Source: Antedon mediterranea (taxonomy: Eukaryota; Animalia; Echinodermata). From it: DNA of 64,000 nt. The stretch spans positions 21,810,795 through 21,874,794 of the forward strand of contig NC_092670.1 of NCBI RefSeq assembly GCF_964355755.1, given 5' to 3'. A program made the translations under genes and the position numbers. Positions 13,724 through 26,655 of this stretch are shown one piece after another. The notes beneath the pieces are model-generated. The model was not told the DNA's origin, did not search any database, and saw only the letters and a list, made by a program, of their open reading frames with translations. Position 1 is the first letter of the stretch. Every line of letters begins with the position of its first letter.

Positions 13724-15827
13724 TTACCATTAAGCTCTATAATACTATGGAGAGCCATTGGGGTCTTTATGCCAATTTCTTATGGCACAAGTGGCTGTTC
13801 ATAGAATAAAAACATTGCAACATTTTTAAACCTTTGGGGTAAATTTTACCGCCAAATGAAATGGAATGCATCGCTCTCTTTCGTTTCTATCTATGTGCTC
13901 AGTAAATCATCTTAAATCATGTGTGGTTATAGAACTTACAACTTGCAGCATGCATTGTACGCTTAACTGAAGGGATGGCACTCTGTTTTTAATTGGTTTT
14001 TGATTGGATGTAAAGTGTTTGTATGGGTCGCCCTGTTGTGCGTCAAAGTATTTGTTAAGTTTGCAATTTAGTGCTAAGTAGGATTCACAGTGATATGCTA
14101 GATAGTCTAGCTAAAAACAACCCATTGAGGGGATTAACTTTTCATCAGCAATGGGCTTACTTACACTTACTTACTTACAAAATAATATTCACTTAATAGA
14201 GTGCGTTGTGGCTAACTCTCCAATCAGATGAAATCAATTTAAAGTAAATAATTAGTAATGATGGAACTTGCTTGTTCTTATAATAAGTACTGTAATTTTT
14301 AGGTAAATCCAACCTTGCTTGTATTCGCATTCATATTTGCCATTTATCTATCTGCAGGAAACTTTGTCAGAAATGATGCCATAACGAAAATTTTTAATGC
14401 AAATGTAAGTAAGAATTTACCTTTAAAATTAAATCTTCTTACTATAGCATATTTTGGTGTATATCGTGTGATATTAATTATTGCAAAACCTTTAACAGAA
14501 ATAGAGTATAGAAAGAATCATATTTTATATTGAAAACGTGTTTTTGATTCATTGAAATCATATGATACTTTTCTAACCCATTAATTTATTTCTGTGTGAA
14601 TTAAATTATAAGCCCGATTGAACCTTACCGAAATGCCATTGTCTACACACTTTATTCGTGCCCTGCACACCTCGCGATGTGTGTTTTGATGATGGAAATG
14701 TATAGTTTTGGCGGCTGGTTAGCTAAACTAAGTAAACAAACAAAGCTATTGAAAAGAAGGTATTCTCTTAACTTGTGTGTTGAAAGACTGGATTGTATAG
14801 CGTTCAAGGAACAGGCTCTGTTTTGTATATATGAAAATAAACAATTATTGGTAATAGAAAAACAATGACAATTCCACAGTATGTAGGTAGTTTATATACC
14901 TCCGTGTCAGAGGATTTAAAAATCATTGCTAAAATATGTTATTATTTTAATTGAACAACAACATTTATTTCATTAATTTATAAGTATTATTTTTTTTTAT
15001 TTATCACTATTCCAATTATTTATTTTTTAATTTATAGAAACGTAGAGTTCTACATAGATAGATGATACCATGGCCATGAAGGCTAGACAATTTAAAAACA
15101 TGCTGTAAATTGAAAATTGAAATACTAGGGCAATTTTACAGTGTGACCACCAACAAAAAACATTATGCAATAGGCTCTAGAAAATGAATGCTTTGATGCA
15201 AAAGGTGGTGTGAGTGCTGTACAATGACAGTTGAAACCAAATAAGATAAAACAAACCAACAAAATGAAATTATTTGTCTTTTTTCTTCTAATTAAAAATT
15301 CAACATACACCAGTGCAGAAAAAAACACATTTGATCTGATTGCTGTTAATTCCCCATTATTAACATTATGCCTGAATTTTGTCAAATTATCTATCTGATG
15401 TCGGATGTTAAATGAGACCAAGCTACAGTATGTCAGAAAGCATAAATGCCAGATTTGGTCACTATGGCTATGTGTGTCTGTGTTTATGCATCTTGCAACA
15501 TTACCAGCCTTGAACAAGTATCTGGCGCCAACGCTGTTTTTGTACTAATCAAGAAAAGTTTGTATTAATAGCATACAGCTAAGAACTGAAGCCAATCAGT
15601 TACTGATACCATGTCGGGGGTCAAGCAGACCCCCTTAGGGGACTTGTACGCTAATTGTTCTAATCTTGTTTTCATTGGTTTAGGGGCATGGATCACCCCT
15701 ATGCTTGTTATCAAATGTTTATTTTGACAGTCAAAGAGAAATAAGCTGGTCAATTATAATTATCTGACCATATCTTTCCTATGTTTAATAATGCAAATAC
15801 TATTATTGTTCAAATTTTATTTTATAA

Positions 15828-15984
15828 AGCTCTGTCTATATGAAACTAGTTTGACAAAAAAAGTGTAATGTGCCCAAATATGGTAGTGATATGCCCAAAT
15901 ATGTTAGTGATATGATATCATCATGTCCATATATGGGCACCTTACATTTTGTGTCACATAAAATTTGATAGTGTAGACAAAGCT
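15828..15984. mobile_element. MITE family A, copy 3 (reverse orientation)
   Basis: Same TIRs and internal GATATGCCCAAATATGGTAGT repeat; TAA TSD. Confidence 0.78.
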
Positions 15985-18905
15985 TAAGAAAAAAGAAAGG
16001 AAATAAATTTGAATATATATATATATAAATCATACCCGCCAGAGACATTTTTTCATACAACTAAAAAACGGAACTTTCGCCAATGAGCTATTCTCGACGC
16101 GATTATGAGATCATGTTCCGAATATGAGCACTGTTTCTATAATTTACAGTATGATTTATATATAATTTACACAGTGCTACACAACATCATTGATTTATAT
16201 ATATATATATATATATCATACTAATTTTATTTCTCTCTTTACTTTTTTTTTCAATGGAAATATAATTTTTAATATTTAGCATTTGTTTGGTTTGTATTCA
16301 ACCAATCAAATTGCTGTATAATAATTCAAAATGGTGTACAAATGTGTCGGTAGGAGGTTTGGAGAAGTCATCTTTAAAATATTGAACACATAAACATATA
16401 AATCCAAGTTTACACAGTATTACAATCTGGTAAGCGAAATACAACTAGTATTTTTATCGTAATATGCACATTAAAAATATGAGCAGACGTAAGAAATGAC
16501 TGCTTTGGCTTGAAATTGGGTGGATATCAGGAAACAGATTATGATAGCCAAAAATAAATAAATAAAGTTGTCGACTTAACGTAGGATATGACACTTAAAT
16601 ATTTCCTTCAATCCAAATCAATATAGTATTTCATTTACAAGTGACATTTATTTTAATGTTTAAGAAATGCAATAGCACTGCTATTTAATTCAATGCAAAA
16701 TACTAATCTTTGACGTCTGTTATTCACCTTAAAACGTTGTGATAATTAAAACAAAACTTTCAGTTATAATTTCATAGAAAACTCAAACAAATCTTTTACC
16801 TCAGCCTGGTTTAAAAGCACGTTTTAAACAAACATTTTAATTAAAACAAACTTTTTTTGAGTTAAAATTGACATCCAAACATAAACCGAACCTCCCCCAG
16901 GCTATTTATATTACAACTTGAGTTGACCAGGAGAACAGCCAATCACCTTCTGACCAATGGTCAAGCATGGGCCCACTAGGAGTCAAAATGTGACCCACTA
17001 GGTGTCAACATTTGACCCAGAAATAATTTTAAAAGGTTTTCTCTCACAGAGAGTGATATTCTAAAGATCATGGTATAAACAATTAATAATTTTCTGGTTT
17101 GTTTTTAAATTCGTGATTTTCATTCCATTTCCCTATCCCATACTCACCCATTCAATACATCTTGAAAATTTCAAATAATGGGATAGGAAATTTTAAAGAT
17201 AACGCGTACAAGATAATATACTTTTTCCTTAAAAAATAGATGTGGGTCACATTTTTGGTTAAGATTTTTTATGTTAAAAAAAAAAGAGATGCAGTGTAAA
17301 AACCACGACCACCTTCAATTACAGCTTATATTTGTTCCTGGGTCAACATTTTTCTATAATTTCTAACATGACGATTAAATTAAACGAAAATTTCAATCAA
17401 TAAAACGAGTTGGATTGTTGCCCTCGGGCAAAATACTTGTCAATTTCAAGCAGATAATGTTAAAATTAGCCAAATATTCTGTTACTGTCACGAAATTCCG
17501 TGAATCTTTTGCAAACTTCTCAACACAAAATAATTTTTTCGTGCCTTGCCCGCGGGTGAATTTAAGATTCAATTGGATAGTGCGGATCAAGTGGCAAGAT
17601 ACTTTACGCATTCGACCAATGGACGCGCAATGAGGTAACCATACACCGTGGTTTTGTTTGTATTAGGAATATGTCAAGTAAACAGAGTCCAACTCATAAG
17701 CTGTGAAAACATTACGATTATACAGAATGAAGTACTGTATTATGATTTTTTTGTTTATATCATAACAAGTGTTTGATAAGAATGTATTGTCCATTGTTTT
17801 TATTTCAAACAGTAGGCCTAATGTTATTGATAATACAGAGTACAGTAATACTGTACTATCATCAAAATGATACAATTGCTAAATTCGATTGGTACTGTAT
17901 GTCTTTAACATGACTATAGTTTTTTCATTGAGTACTTTTTAATTGAATGGTAAATGTAGAATCGTTCTGTTCAGTACTTTTTTCATTTGTTGAGTACTAA
18001 ATCAATCAACTTCAGCAAATTTTATCAGTACGGTATACATTTCAAAATATGAAATATAGAGGGCAGCATAGTAGTTTTCTAATTGTTCACACATAAAATG
18101 AAAATAAGACTTGCTTTTGTTTATAATTTTATTTTGAACAACATTTTACATTACAGAATTTAATTGAGTAAATTTATCAAATAATTAAAAGAAATTATGT
18201 TTCTGAGTATGAAGCACACTTAGTGGTTTTATGATAATTACCCCTGCAAAAAAAATAAATTATTAACATCCAGATTTTCAAAATTTTAAATAGCACCCTA
18301 TATGTTTGGTTGCGTTTTTCTAAAAATCTAGCGGCCTCTATGGTTTGGCCATGCTTTTATAAAATCTCCCAATACTTAATTTTTCCAAATTAGGACCAGA
18401 TTATTTATTCCTCTTACGGCTATATTTATGCATCCAAAAATGCTTACAAATTATGTGATTAGGAATAAACCAATGCTTTTGATATTAATGTTGAGCATTA
18501 GCTGTAATGCCATTTGCCGAGAGAGTACCTTAAACTCAGTGTGTATGTTTGGTTAATATGTAACAGCGATTTACAACACATAATTATACAATATACCTAC
18601 ATATATGGAAACAGTATTATTCTAAAATATATGGATAATTTGAGAATTATATACAATATAAGGACATTTTTTAACATTTTTCTAAAGGAGACAGTTGATA
18701 ATGACATTGTGTTTCAAATTTCTCTTAAAATAAAATTTAAATAAGCTCCATAATATCAGTATTAAAATTGGAATGAATATTTTTACAATCCCTGAACATT
18801 AAATCACTAATAAATATATTTTACAAAGGGCCCAAGGGAGACAACTGTCAAAAAAACAAAAAAAAACAAACATATGTGGAAATCATTCTATAAAACTTTG
18901 TTCGA

Positions 18906-19013
18906 AGATATATCATCCCCCAAAACATTTAATATAAAAGTGATTATTTTTCGATCCAATTTTTAAAATGTGAATAGTCAATATGTGACATTTTTCATGG
19001 GGAAAATATATCT
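18906..19013. mobile_element. Degenerate short copy of TTAA-type MITE family B
   Basis: AGATATATCATCCCC ... GGGGAAAATATATCT-TTAA, related to the copies at 55036 and 61496. Confidence 0.55.
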
Positions 19014-19886
19014 TTAAATCTTCTATTTTGTTTGTATTTTTGTGTTATATAAAATACTGTTCATTTAGTACCACAAAACCAATGGCGTCACTGTATAATA
19101 TTAAAACAAATGTCCTTATTAAAATTTCAGTTGTCTTCAATTTATAATAAATATAATTAATTATAATAATAACATTTCAAAGTATTTTGTTGCTATTTCT
19201 TGTTTCCCCATTACTACTGTCTCTTAATTTTTTGATATTTGATTAGTGTGGACATGATTTAATGGAATGATTAATTATTAAAGGCAATCTTAAGCCCTAT
19301 TCACATTAGATTAATTTTACCAAATCATACTCTGGTATATTTTGCAAGGTTATAAAGCATTGTACAAATTTATAAAATGATTACAAAATCTGTTGTACCA
19401 AAATTATGAATAAAAGAATATTACCTTCTTTATGTATAAATGTAACAAAAACATAACATTAGCGTGATAAATTCTACTTAACATAAATATCAAATTTGCA
19501 TGATACATTTAGAACCATAAAAATATAAAGTCTTTACCAGCATTCAATTTCTTATATTATCTTTAGGTATAACCAAAGAATACCCATTGATTACAAGAAT
19601 TGCAAAGAGTTACTTCACCGCTACTAGTTGCATTGGCTTAGAGGGGTGAGGCTGCATATGTTATGCATACATTTGAGTTATATCAACCCTCTATTAAGGG
19701 TGAGTATTTTCATGTTCAATATGGCAACTTGAAAATAGCCACTACATATTTTAGTTTTTGGCCTGCAACAACCACATAAACTACTAAATTCAGTAGGCTT
19801 ATAAAAACCGATAAATAATAAGGATAGGGAACGTTGATATACCTACAACCATTCATATCAATGGTGCTGTGTAACTGCAGTACACA

Positions 19887-20009
19887 TTAATATTCACTTC
19901 TTTTAAGCATCAATGCTTGGTTGCTATGATTAATAGTGATTGTTGATGCCCCTTGTTTCCATGGTTCTCCGTCTACTTGTACAGGAACTGGGAATTTCTT
20001 TATTGTTAT
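19887..20009 (-). CDS. DGKE: DGKE last coding exon
   Basis: tttcag|ITIKKFPVPVQVDGEPWKQGASTITINHSNQALMLKRSEY*; conserved PxQVDGEPW motif; TAA at 19889-19887. Confidence 0.93.
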   Translation of the reverse strand: MTIKKFPVPVQVDGEPWKQGASTITINHSNQALMLKRSEY

Positions 20010-20416
20010 CTGAAAAATAATTAGTTATACTGTAATATAATAAAAAATAATTTTTTTTTTTTTTTAAACTTCTGTGATTAAAAATGGTATTTCTACTTGG
20101 GTAGTTTGGACTGATTTACACAAAATCTGATCCATCTAGTGACAGGATGCACACACAACACTGGAGGGCCTCGGGTTGTACATACTTTTTCTCGTCTTAT
20201 TTAGATATTCTTAGTTATTGAAAGAAATAGTTGTTGTACAGCAGGCTTACTGTCTTCTTATCTGTGAGAAGGCATGTTTGTAGTTTGAGTTTTAACCATT
20301 CATCTTAAGTTTAGCTACTGAGAGCAGGTTAGTGCTTGTTCTTAAAGATGTATGACTACGTAAGTAAGTAAGTACTGGCCAGATATTTGTTAATGGAAAT
20401 ATAATTTTAGTTTTAC

Positions 20417-20528
20417 CTTTACTGTCTTAGCTTGTCCAAGTCTGACCGGGTCTGCGAGTCCACCCTGAATTCTGGCCATGTGGAATGAAGAGTAGAAACC
20501 AGCAATTTCTACCAGATTGTCACTATGA
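20417..20528 (-). CDS. DGKE: DGKE coding exon 7
   Basis: atgtag|(S)HSDNLVEIAGFYSSFHMARIQGGLADPVRLGQAKTVK|gtaaaa; 112 nt, phase 2-0. Confidence 0.93.
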
Positions 20529-20547
20529 CTACATACAAACAAAGAAA

Positions 20548-21876
20548 TCATATTGAATGTTGTACCTTAATAGTATACAAGAATAGGTCAACTCTCACGC
20601 TACCTGGCCTAATTTGATCATATTGAATGTTGTACCTTAATAGTATACAAGAATCGGTCAACTCTCACGCTACCTGGCCTAATTTGATCATATTGAATGT
20701 TGTACCTTAATAGTATACAAGAATCGGTCAACTCTCACGCTACCTGGCCTAATTTGATCATATTGAATGTTGTACCTTAATAGTATACAAGAATCGGTCA
20801 ACTCTTACGCTACCTGGCCTAATTTGATCATATTGAATGTTGTACCTTAATAGTATACAAGAATCGGTCAACTCTCACGCTACCTGGCCTAATTTGATCA
20901 TATTGAATGTTGTACCTTAATAGTATACAAGAATCGGTCAACTCTCACGCTACCTGGCCTAATTTGATCATATTGAATGTTGTACCTTAATAGTATACAA
21001 GAATCGGTCAACTCTCACGCTACCTGGCCTAATTTGATCATATTGAATGTTGTACCTTAATAGTATACAAGAATCGGTCAACTCTCACGTTACCTGGCCT
21101 AATTTGATCATATTGAATGTTGTACCTTAATGATATACAAGAATCGGTCAACTCTCACGCTACCTGGCCTAATTTGATCATATTGAATGTTGTACCTTAA
21201 TAGTATACAAGAATCGGTCAACTCTCACGCTACCTGGCCTAATTTGATCATATTGAATGTTGTACCTTAATAGTATACAAGAATCGGTCAACTCTCACGC
21301 TACCTGGCCTAATTTGATCATATTGAATGTTGTACCTTAATAGTATACAAGAATCGGTCAACTCTCACGTTACCTGGCCTAATTTGATCATATTGAATGT
21401 TGTACCTTAATGATATACAAGAATCGGTCAACTCTCACGCTACCTGGCCTAATTTGATCATATTGAATGTTGTACCTTAATAGTATACAAGAATTGGTCA
21501 ACTCTCACGCTACCTGGCCTAATTTGATCATATTGAATGTTGTACCTTAATAGTATACAAGAATCGGTCAACTCTCACGCTACCTGGCCTAATTTGATCA
21601 TATTGAATGTTGTACCTTAATAGTATACAAGAATCGGTCAACTCTCACGCTACCTGGCCTAATTTGATCATATTGAATGTTGTACCTTAATAGTATTCAA
21701 GAATCGGTCAACTCTCACGCTACCTGGCCTAATTTGATCATATTGAATGTTGTACCTTAATAGTATACAAGAATCGGTCAACTCTCACGCTACCTGGCCT
21801 AATTTGAACATATTGAATGTTGTACCTTAATAGTATACAAGAATCGGTCAACTGTCACGCTACCTGGCCTAATTTG
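20548..21876. repeat. 60-bp tandem repeat, ~22 near-identical copies, in DGKE intron 6
   Basis: Exact 60-nt period TCATATTGAATGTTGTACCTTAATAGTATACAAGAATCGGTCAACTCTCACGCTACCTGGCCTAATTTGA-like lines; no spacers. Confidence 0.97.
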
Positions 21877-21937
21877 TCCGGTTTTGGGAGAGTTTATTTT
21901 ATTGTAGGCTTACTACGAATGTTCAAGTAATACATAC

Positions 21938-22065
21938 CTAGCTGGCGCATACTTCTGTTGACCTGTTCCTTTCCAGAGTTCTACACCAGCACCCCAACTA
22001 GAAATGTTTAAAACTACAATACCCTCCAAGTCTGGTAAATCAATCTTCTGTCCATCCAACTCCAA
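21938..22065 (-). CDS. DGKE: DGKE coding exon 6
   Basis: atttag|LELDGQKIDLPDLEGIVVLNISSWGAGVELWKG...|gtatgt; 128 nt, phase 0-2. Confidence 0.93.
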
Positions 22066-22318
22066 CTAAATTCACAACAAAATTAAATTACTACATACAC
22101 TTTATATTAGGAGCTTTTGTTATTGAAGATTTGTTTGCTTATAGCCCTCATTCAAGAAGAGTGACATTTCTTAAGTCTACAGCTCAAACCAAAACGGATC
22201 TATGGCCACTACTACTACTAGGTAAGAAAAAGAAAATATTGGTATTCTAGTATTTCTAATAAGGACTGAATATAATCCTGTACAAATAACAAGTATTTTC
22301 TGAAAATATATATCTAAC

Positions 22319-22504
22319 CTCAATTTTTTTCTGTAGGTTCTTGCATCCTTGCTCCAATACATCCTTAGCACCAAAGATCAAATACCAAGCCTTATTAATG
22401 ACTCGGTTTGTGAACCAATGAGGTTTACTTTCTCGCTGTCGATGAAAATTCAAAGCAAGAAGCGCATCACAACCAACAGAGAAGTAGTTATTCATTGTAA
22501 CCAC
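22319..22504 (-). CDS. DGKE: DGKE coding exon 5 (accessory domain)
   Basis: ttgcag|[25 protein letters not shown]...[26 protein letters not shown]|gttag; 186 nt, phase 0-0. Confidence 0.95.
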
Positions 22505-22599
22505 CTGCAAAAGAAAATATTCAAATTTCATGTCTGCATATTTGATTATGCAAAATGGATTTAGTTTGAGGTATAGAATTTTGTTTTAAAGTAACCTAC

Positions 22600-22654
22600 C
22601 TTATCAGGTCGTCTAATTTTGAACTTTGGTTGATATCTGATTGTTGTTGTCCAC
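22600..22654 (-). CDS. DGKE: DGKE coding exon 4
   Basis: tatcag|(R)WTTTIRYQPKFKIRRPDK|gtagg; completes the LDRW motif; 55 nt, phase 2-0. Confidence 0.9.
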
Positions 22655-23007
22655 CTGATAACAATAAAAAATAGAAATGTAAGTTGCTTGACTATCAAAT
22701 TAATACGCATAATTTATTTAACTAGTAATTTATATATTAGTACAGTAATGCCAATCATTTACGTCCCCTTAATATGGTTTTCCTTAAACAGGTTTCTGAG
22801 AAAATTACCCCTTTATAGGGGTGTCCCGAAAGAGGTGTTCTACTTTATTGAGCTACTACTAACTCTTTTATACTTCTTAACGTTCTCCGTCTTCCGACAT
22901 TACGCTTCCAGAAAGTGTTTCCATTTTTTTCTGTTTAGGCCAGTATTCCTTTATCCACTTATTTTTCCCCTTTTATACACCATTACTATTAACATTATTG
23001 TTCTTAC

Positions 23008-23150
23008 CTGTCCAGATATGATACTGTTGCTTTTTCTACATCATTCATCCATTGCAGAATATTTTCACCATCGTAGCATTTTCCCCATCCAAGCACACGG
23101 GCAAGGTCATTTCCTGTACCAAGTGGTAGAATGGCTACCTTTGGTCGTGT
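23008..23150 (-). CDS. DGKE: DGKE coding exon 3
   Basis: ttacag|[23 protein letters not shown]...SYLDR|gtaag; conserved [14 protein letters not shown] motif; 143 nt, phase 0-2. Confidence 0.95.
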
Positions 23151-23749
23151 CTGTAAAATTAAGATAGGTAAGTGAGTATACAGTCATAGGTTCTCACATG
23201 GGCAATATGGCTACCTTTGGTCATGTCTGTCAAATTAAGATAGGTAAGCGAGTATGCAGTCATAGGTTCTCACATGGGCATTATGGCTACCTTTGGTCAT
23301 GTCTGTAAAATTAAGATAGGTATTAGTGAGTATGCAGTCATAGGTTCTCACATGGGCAATATGGCTACCTTTGGTCATGTCTGTCAAATTAAGATAGGTA
23401 AGTGAGTATGCAGTCATAGGTTCTCACATGGGCAATATGGCTACCTTTGGTCATGTCTGTCAAATTAAGATAGGTAAGTGAGTATGCAGTCATAGGTTCT
23501 CACATGGGCATTATGGCTACCTTTGGTCATGTCTGTCAAATTAAGATAGGTAAGTGAGTATGCAGTCATAGGTTCTCACATGGGCATTATGGCTACCTTT
23601 GGTCATGTCTGTAAAATTAAGATAGGTATTAGTGAGTATGCAGTCATAGGTTCTCACATGGGCAATATGGCTACCTTTGGTCATGTCTGTAAAATTAAGA
23701 TAGGTATTAGTGAGTATGCAGTCATAGGTTCTCACATGGGCAATATGGC
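23131..23749. repeat. 76/78-bp tandem repeat (8 copies) overlapping the DGKE exon-3 acceptor
   Basis: Unit ATGGCTACCTTTGGTC(G/A)TGTCTGT(A/C)AAATTAAGATAGGTA...CACATGGGCA(A/T)T; the first copy is the real exon start. Confidence 0.95.
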
Positions 23750-23859
23750 TTGAGGGTGATCCATCCAGCAATTGCTGATCATTAGGGACCCTCAGAGGTT
23801 CACAAGACAAACATATACACAAGATGCTCTACTTAAACAAAGTCTTATTACAAGTCTTT

Positions 23860-23957
23860 GGGAGTGGAGTTGTAATTTTGACATGTGACAGGACTTAAAC
23901 CCAGGACCCTTGGAGTGGTAGCCAAGCATCATAACCACCAAGCCACAATTCCACTCC
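23860..23957 (-). mobile_element. tRNA-derived SINE head
   Basis: Minus strand: GGAGTGGAATTG-TGGCTTGGTGG (A box) ... GGTTTAAGTCC (B-box-like). Confidence 0.5.
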
Positions 23958-24100
23958 ATGGCTACCTTTGGCCATGCCTTTAAGACTAATTATACCTCTA
24001 TATATTTGTAATGATGCTACTGGTTCGCATACAATTATTTTAATAATCAAGCAGGGGATGTGGGTGATAGGTAGATAAATTAATACATTTTGTACAGTAC

Positions 24101-24244
24101 CTGTAGTTGTAGCTTGTCTATAGCATTTAAAACCCAACCAATTGTACCATCTCCACCACATGCAAGAATACGAAATGTCCTCTCGGGTAGTAAATGGCAA
24201 ATTTGAAGTGCCCTCTCTGGTGGAAGCTCACTCAAATCAATCAC
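24101..24244 (-). CDS. DGKE: DGKE coding exon 2 (GGDGT ATP-binding motif)
   Basis: tttcag|VIDLSELPPERALQICHLLPERTFRILACGGDGTIGWVLNAIDKLQLQ|gtac; 144 nt, phase 0-0. Confidence 0.95.
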
Positions 24245-24371
24245 CTGAAACAAACAAAACAGAAAATAAATATTCATTAATATTTACCAGTTTGAAAGTT
24301 ACTGAGTAAAGGTTTTTTTTTATGGTTGACTTTAAGCATTGTAAATCAATAACAAAGCAATTTCATCTTAA

Positions 24372-25913
24372 AGGGGGGTTCCGGGTTTAAAATGAATAGT
24401 AAAAAATGGAAAATATATTTGTTTGTCTCTTGAACGGTAAAAGTTTCAATTTATATAAGCGCCCAGTGAAGCAGAACGAAGGCTGTGAAATCAGGCCAGA
24501 TTACAAGTGCAGCTACGGCAAAATCACACTGTGGTTACAAAATAGGAAATTCGTGAAATGGTCCATCTTCCGACGACTCGTTATCATTAACCATATCAAT
24601 TACTTTTGTAAAATTATACTTATCTGATGTAATTTTAGTCGGTCTTCCCATTTATAAAGTCAATTTTTTATGAAAATTCATCAAAACAGTGAAAAATTAG
24701 ATATGTTTGCACTTTACGTTTGCCGATTTTCGCACCGACTTAGGGAAAAATCAAAATCAATGAAGCGTAACGTATACTGTACATTCCTGCTGAGGATCGA
24801 GCGAGACGACGATACACGTGCTCTCTCTGCTGCCCATGCCTGGCATCATCACGTGATAAGCAGATACAACAATACCAAACTGGTCGGGTCGAGTATACCC
24901 CGTCTATAATCACAACATGAACGATGTACAGTATTTGATTGAAGGTCGACTCGACCTACCGGAATGGTATAGATAATATAGCTCGAATGAGAGAGTTGGA
25001 ATATTTGTGTAGTGCAGCCTATAGTAAAAGGCCTGGTAGTATCAATTCGCATAGGGTCTACTACACTAGCTAGCTCAATTTTTAACTGGGCCGGATCGGC
25101 TAGGTCTCCTTCCTACTACCTGGTCTACTTGCTTGATGCATGAGTATCCGCTTTTTTGGAGAGTAAACTAAGCCTATTTTATTTTAGGCCTACTTAGACG
25201 ATCGGGACACCATACGTGTGGACGGCGATCGGACCTTGTTTTGCTTCAATATTTACAGCCGATTTTGTAGAACGTTTTAGGTTTAGATTGTTTAGGAGTT
25301 TGGTTGATAGGATGGGTTTGTTATTTATGGGCCAAACGTCTAGTAGTAGGCTAGCTCTAGGCCCATGGGCCCCATTGTTTTAACGTAGCCATCGTGGCAT
25401 GGAATCCCTAGTCAGAATGGCTCTCGCCCATTAGGCTAGGCCTAGAGTAGTATTGTACGTGAAGCCGATAATACGATCTGTACTATAGAGGTATAAAAAT
25501 AGTATAATTTATGACTCCGTAATCTGTACTAAATTTTGTATTTCATTAAATGTCAAATAAATATATGCTACTAGTACTACTGTTATTATTACACTTTAGG
25601 CCTAGCTTAGAAAATCTAAAAAAAATGTATTTCACAATGATCGGGTGGTCGTCGTTTGACAGGGGAGAGAGATGTAAATTAGTTGACAAACACAACGTAC
25701 ATGACGTCGCGAGTTTGGAATACGTGATTTTGTGAATATCTCATGAATATTAATGAGCTTCCCTAAGCTGCTGAAAAACAGATTTTCCATGAAATTTAAT
25801 TTTTTTAATTTCTCGTTATTACTTCTTCATTCTGACATGTCTATATTGTTATAATATTTTTTATTTAATAAATAAACGATATTTAAAAGCAATTTTAAAC
25901 CCAGAATCCCCCT
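24372..25913. mobile_element. Non-autonomous Kolobok-like DNA transposon (1.54 kb) in DGKE intron 1
   Basis: TIR AGGGGG(G/A)TTC(C/T)GGGTTTAAAAT at both ends; TTAA TSD at 24368-24371 and 25914-25917. RR..YY termini fit Kolobok rather than piggyBac. Confidence 0.85.
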
Positions 25914-26655
25914 TTAAATATGACTATATAAAGAAAGAGCCGTGGCTAAAGATACGGTACTGTAACCTAACTTCCGTTTGCTAAATGTACGGTAAAATTG
26001 CCTTCCTATATAAAACTTGTTTCTAAATATAAAACTCGCCCTAAATATTAAAACTCGTCCTAAATATTAAAAACAGATGGCTTGCAGAAACCATTTCCAT
26101 AACCTATTAAATTAACATCTATGCCTACATAGCGCCCGCTATAATTCCCGTACCTTTAGTGTTTAGAAGTATGGATACGGTACCGTAACTTTAGAAAAAT
26201 ACTCTGATAAAAAAAATAATCTTTACAAACAGATTAACTCTGAAGGTCAAAGGGTCACAAACAATGGATTAGAAATCATGCCAAGTTAAAGTACTGTATT
26301 AGTAAACATATTTTTATGTATTGTAAAAAAATCACAATACATTATACTGCACAGGTCACCCATACTGGAGAAGAATGCTTGCACCAGTATGTGTATTATT
26401 TTAAAGAGTAAATTAAAAAATATTTAATACAACTGAAACTTTACTGATTACTGGTATGAACAATGGGTAAGAGGTTAAAGGTTTAAATTAACACTTAAAC
26501 AGGATACATGTTTATAAGGTTTTATTAATTTAATTAAGTAGATTGAAAATATGTTATTGTTCATGTTACTATATTAATGACAACAACATGAAAGGTATGG
26601 TGACAAAAAAGCTTGGCAATTGATTTGGAGGAAAATGAAGCAATGCAAAATGTAC

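Noticed and set aside
15125-15517. 130-aa minus-strand ORF
   Set aside because: Non-ATG start, AT-rich composition, no domain or splice partners
20548-21876. Regular array resembling CRISPR
   Set aside because: Head-to-tail identical 60-mers with no unique spacers, no cas genes, inside a eukaryotic intron
22688-23167. 159-aa plus-strand ORF
   Set aside because: Antisense to DGKE exon 3/intron, TTG start, no recognisable domain
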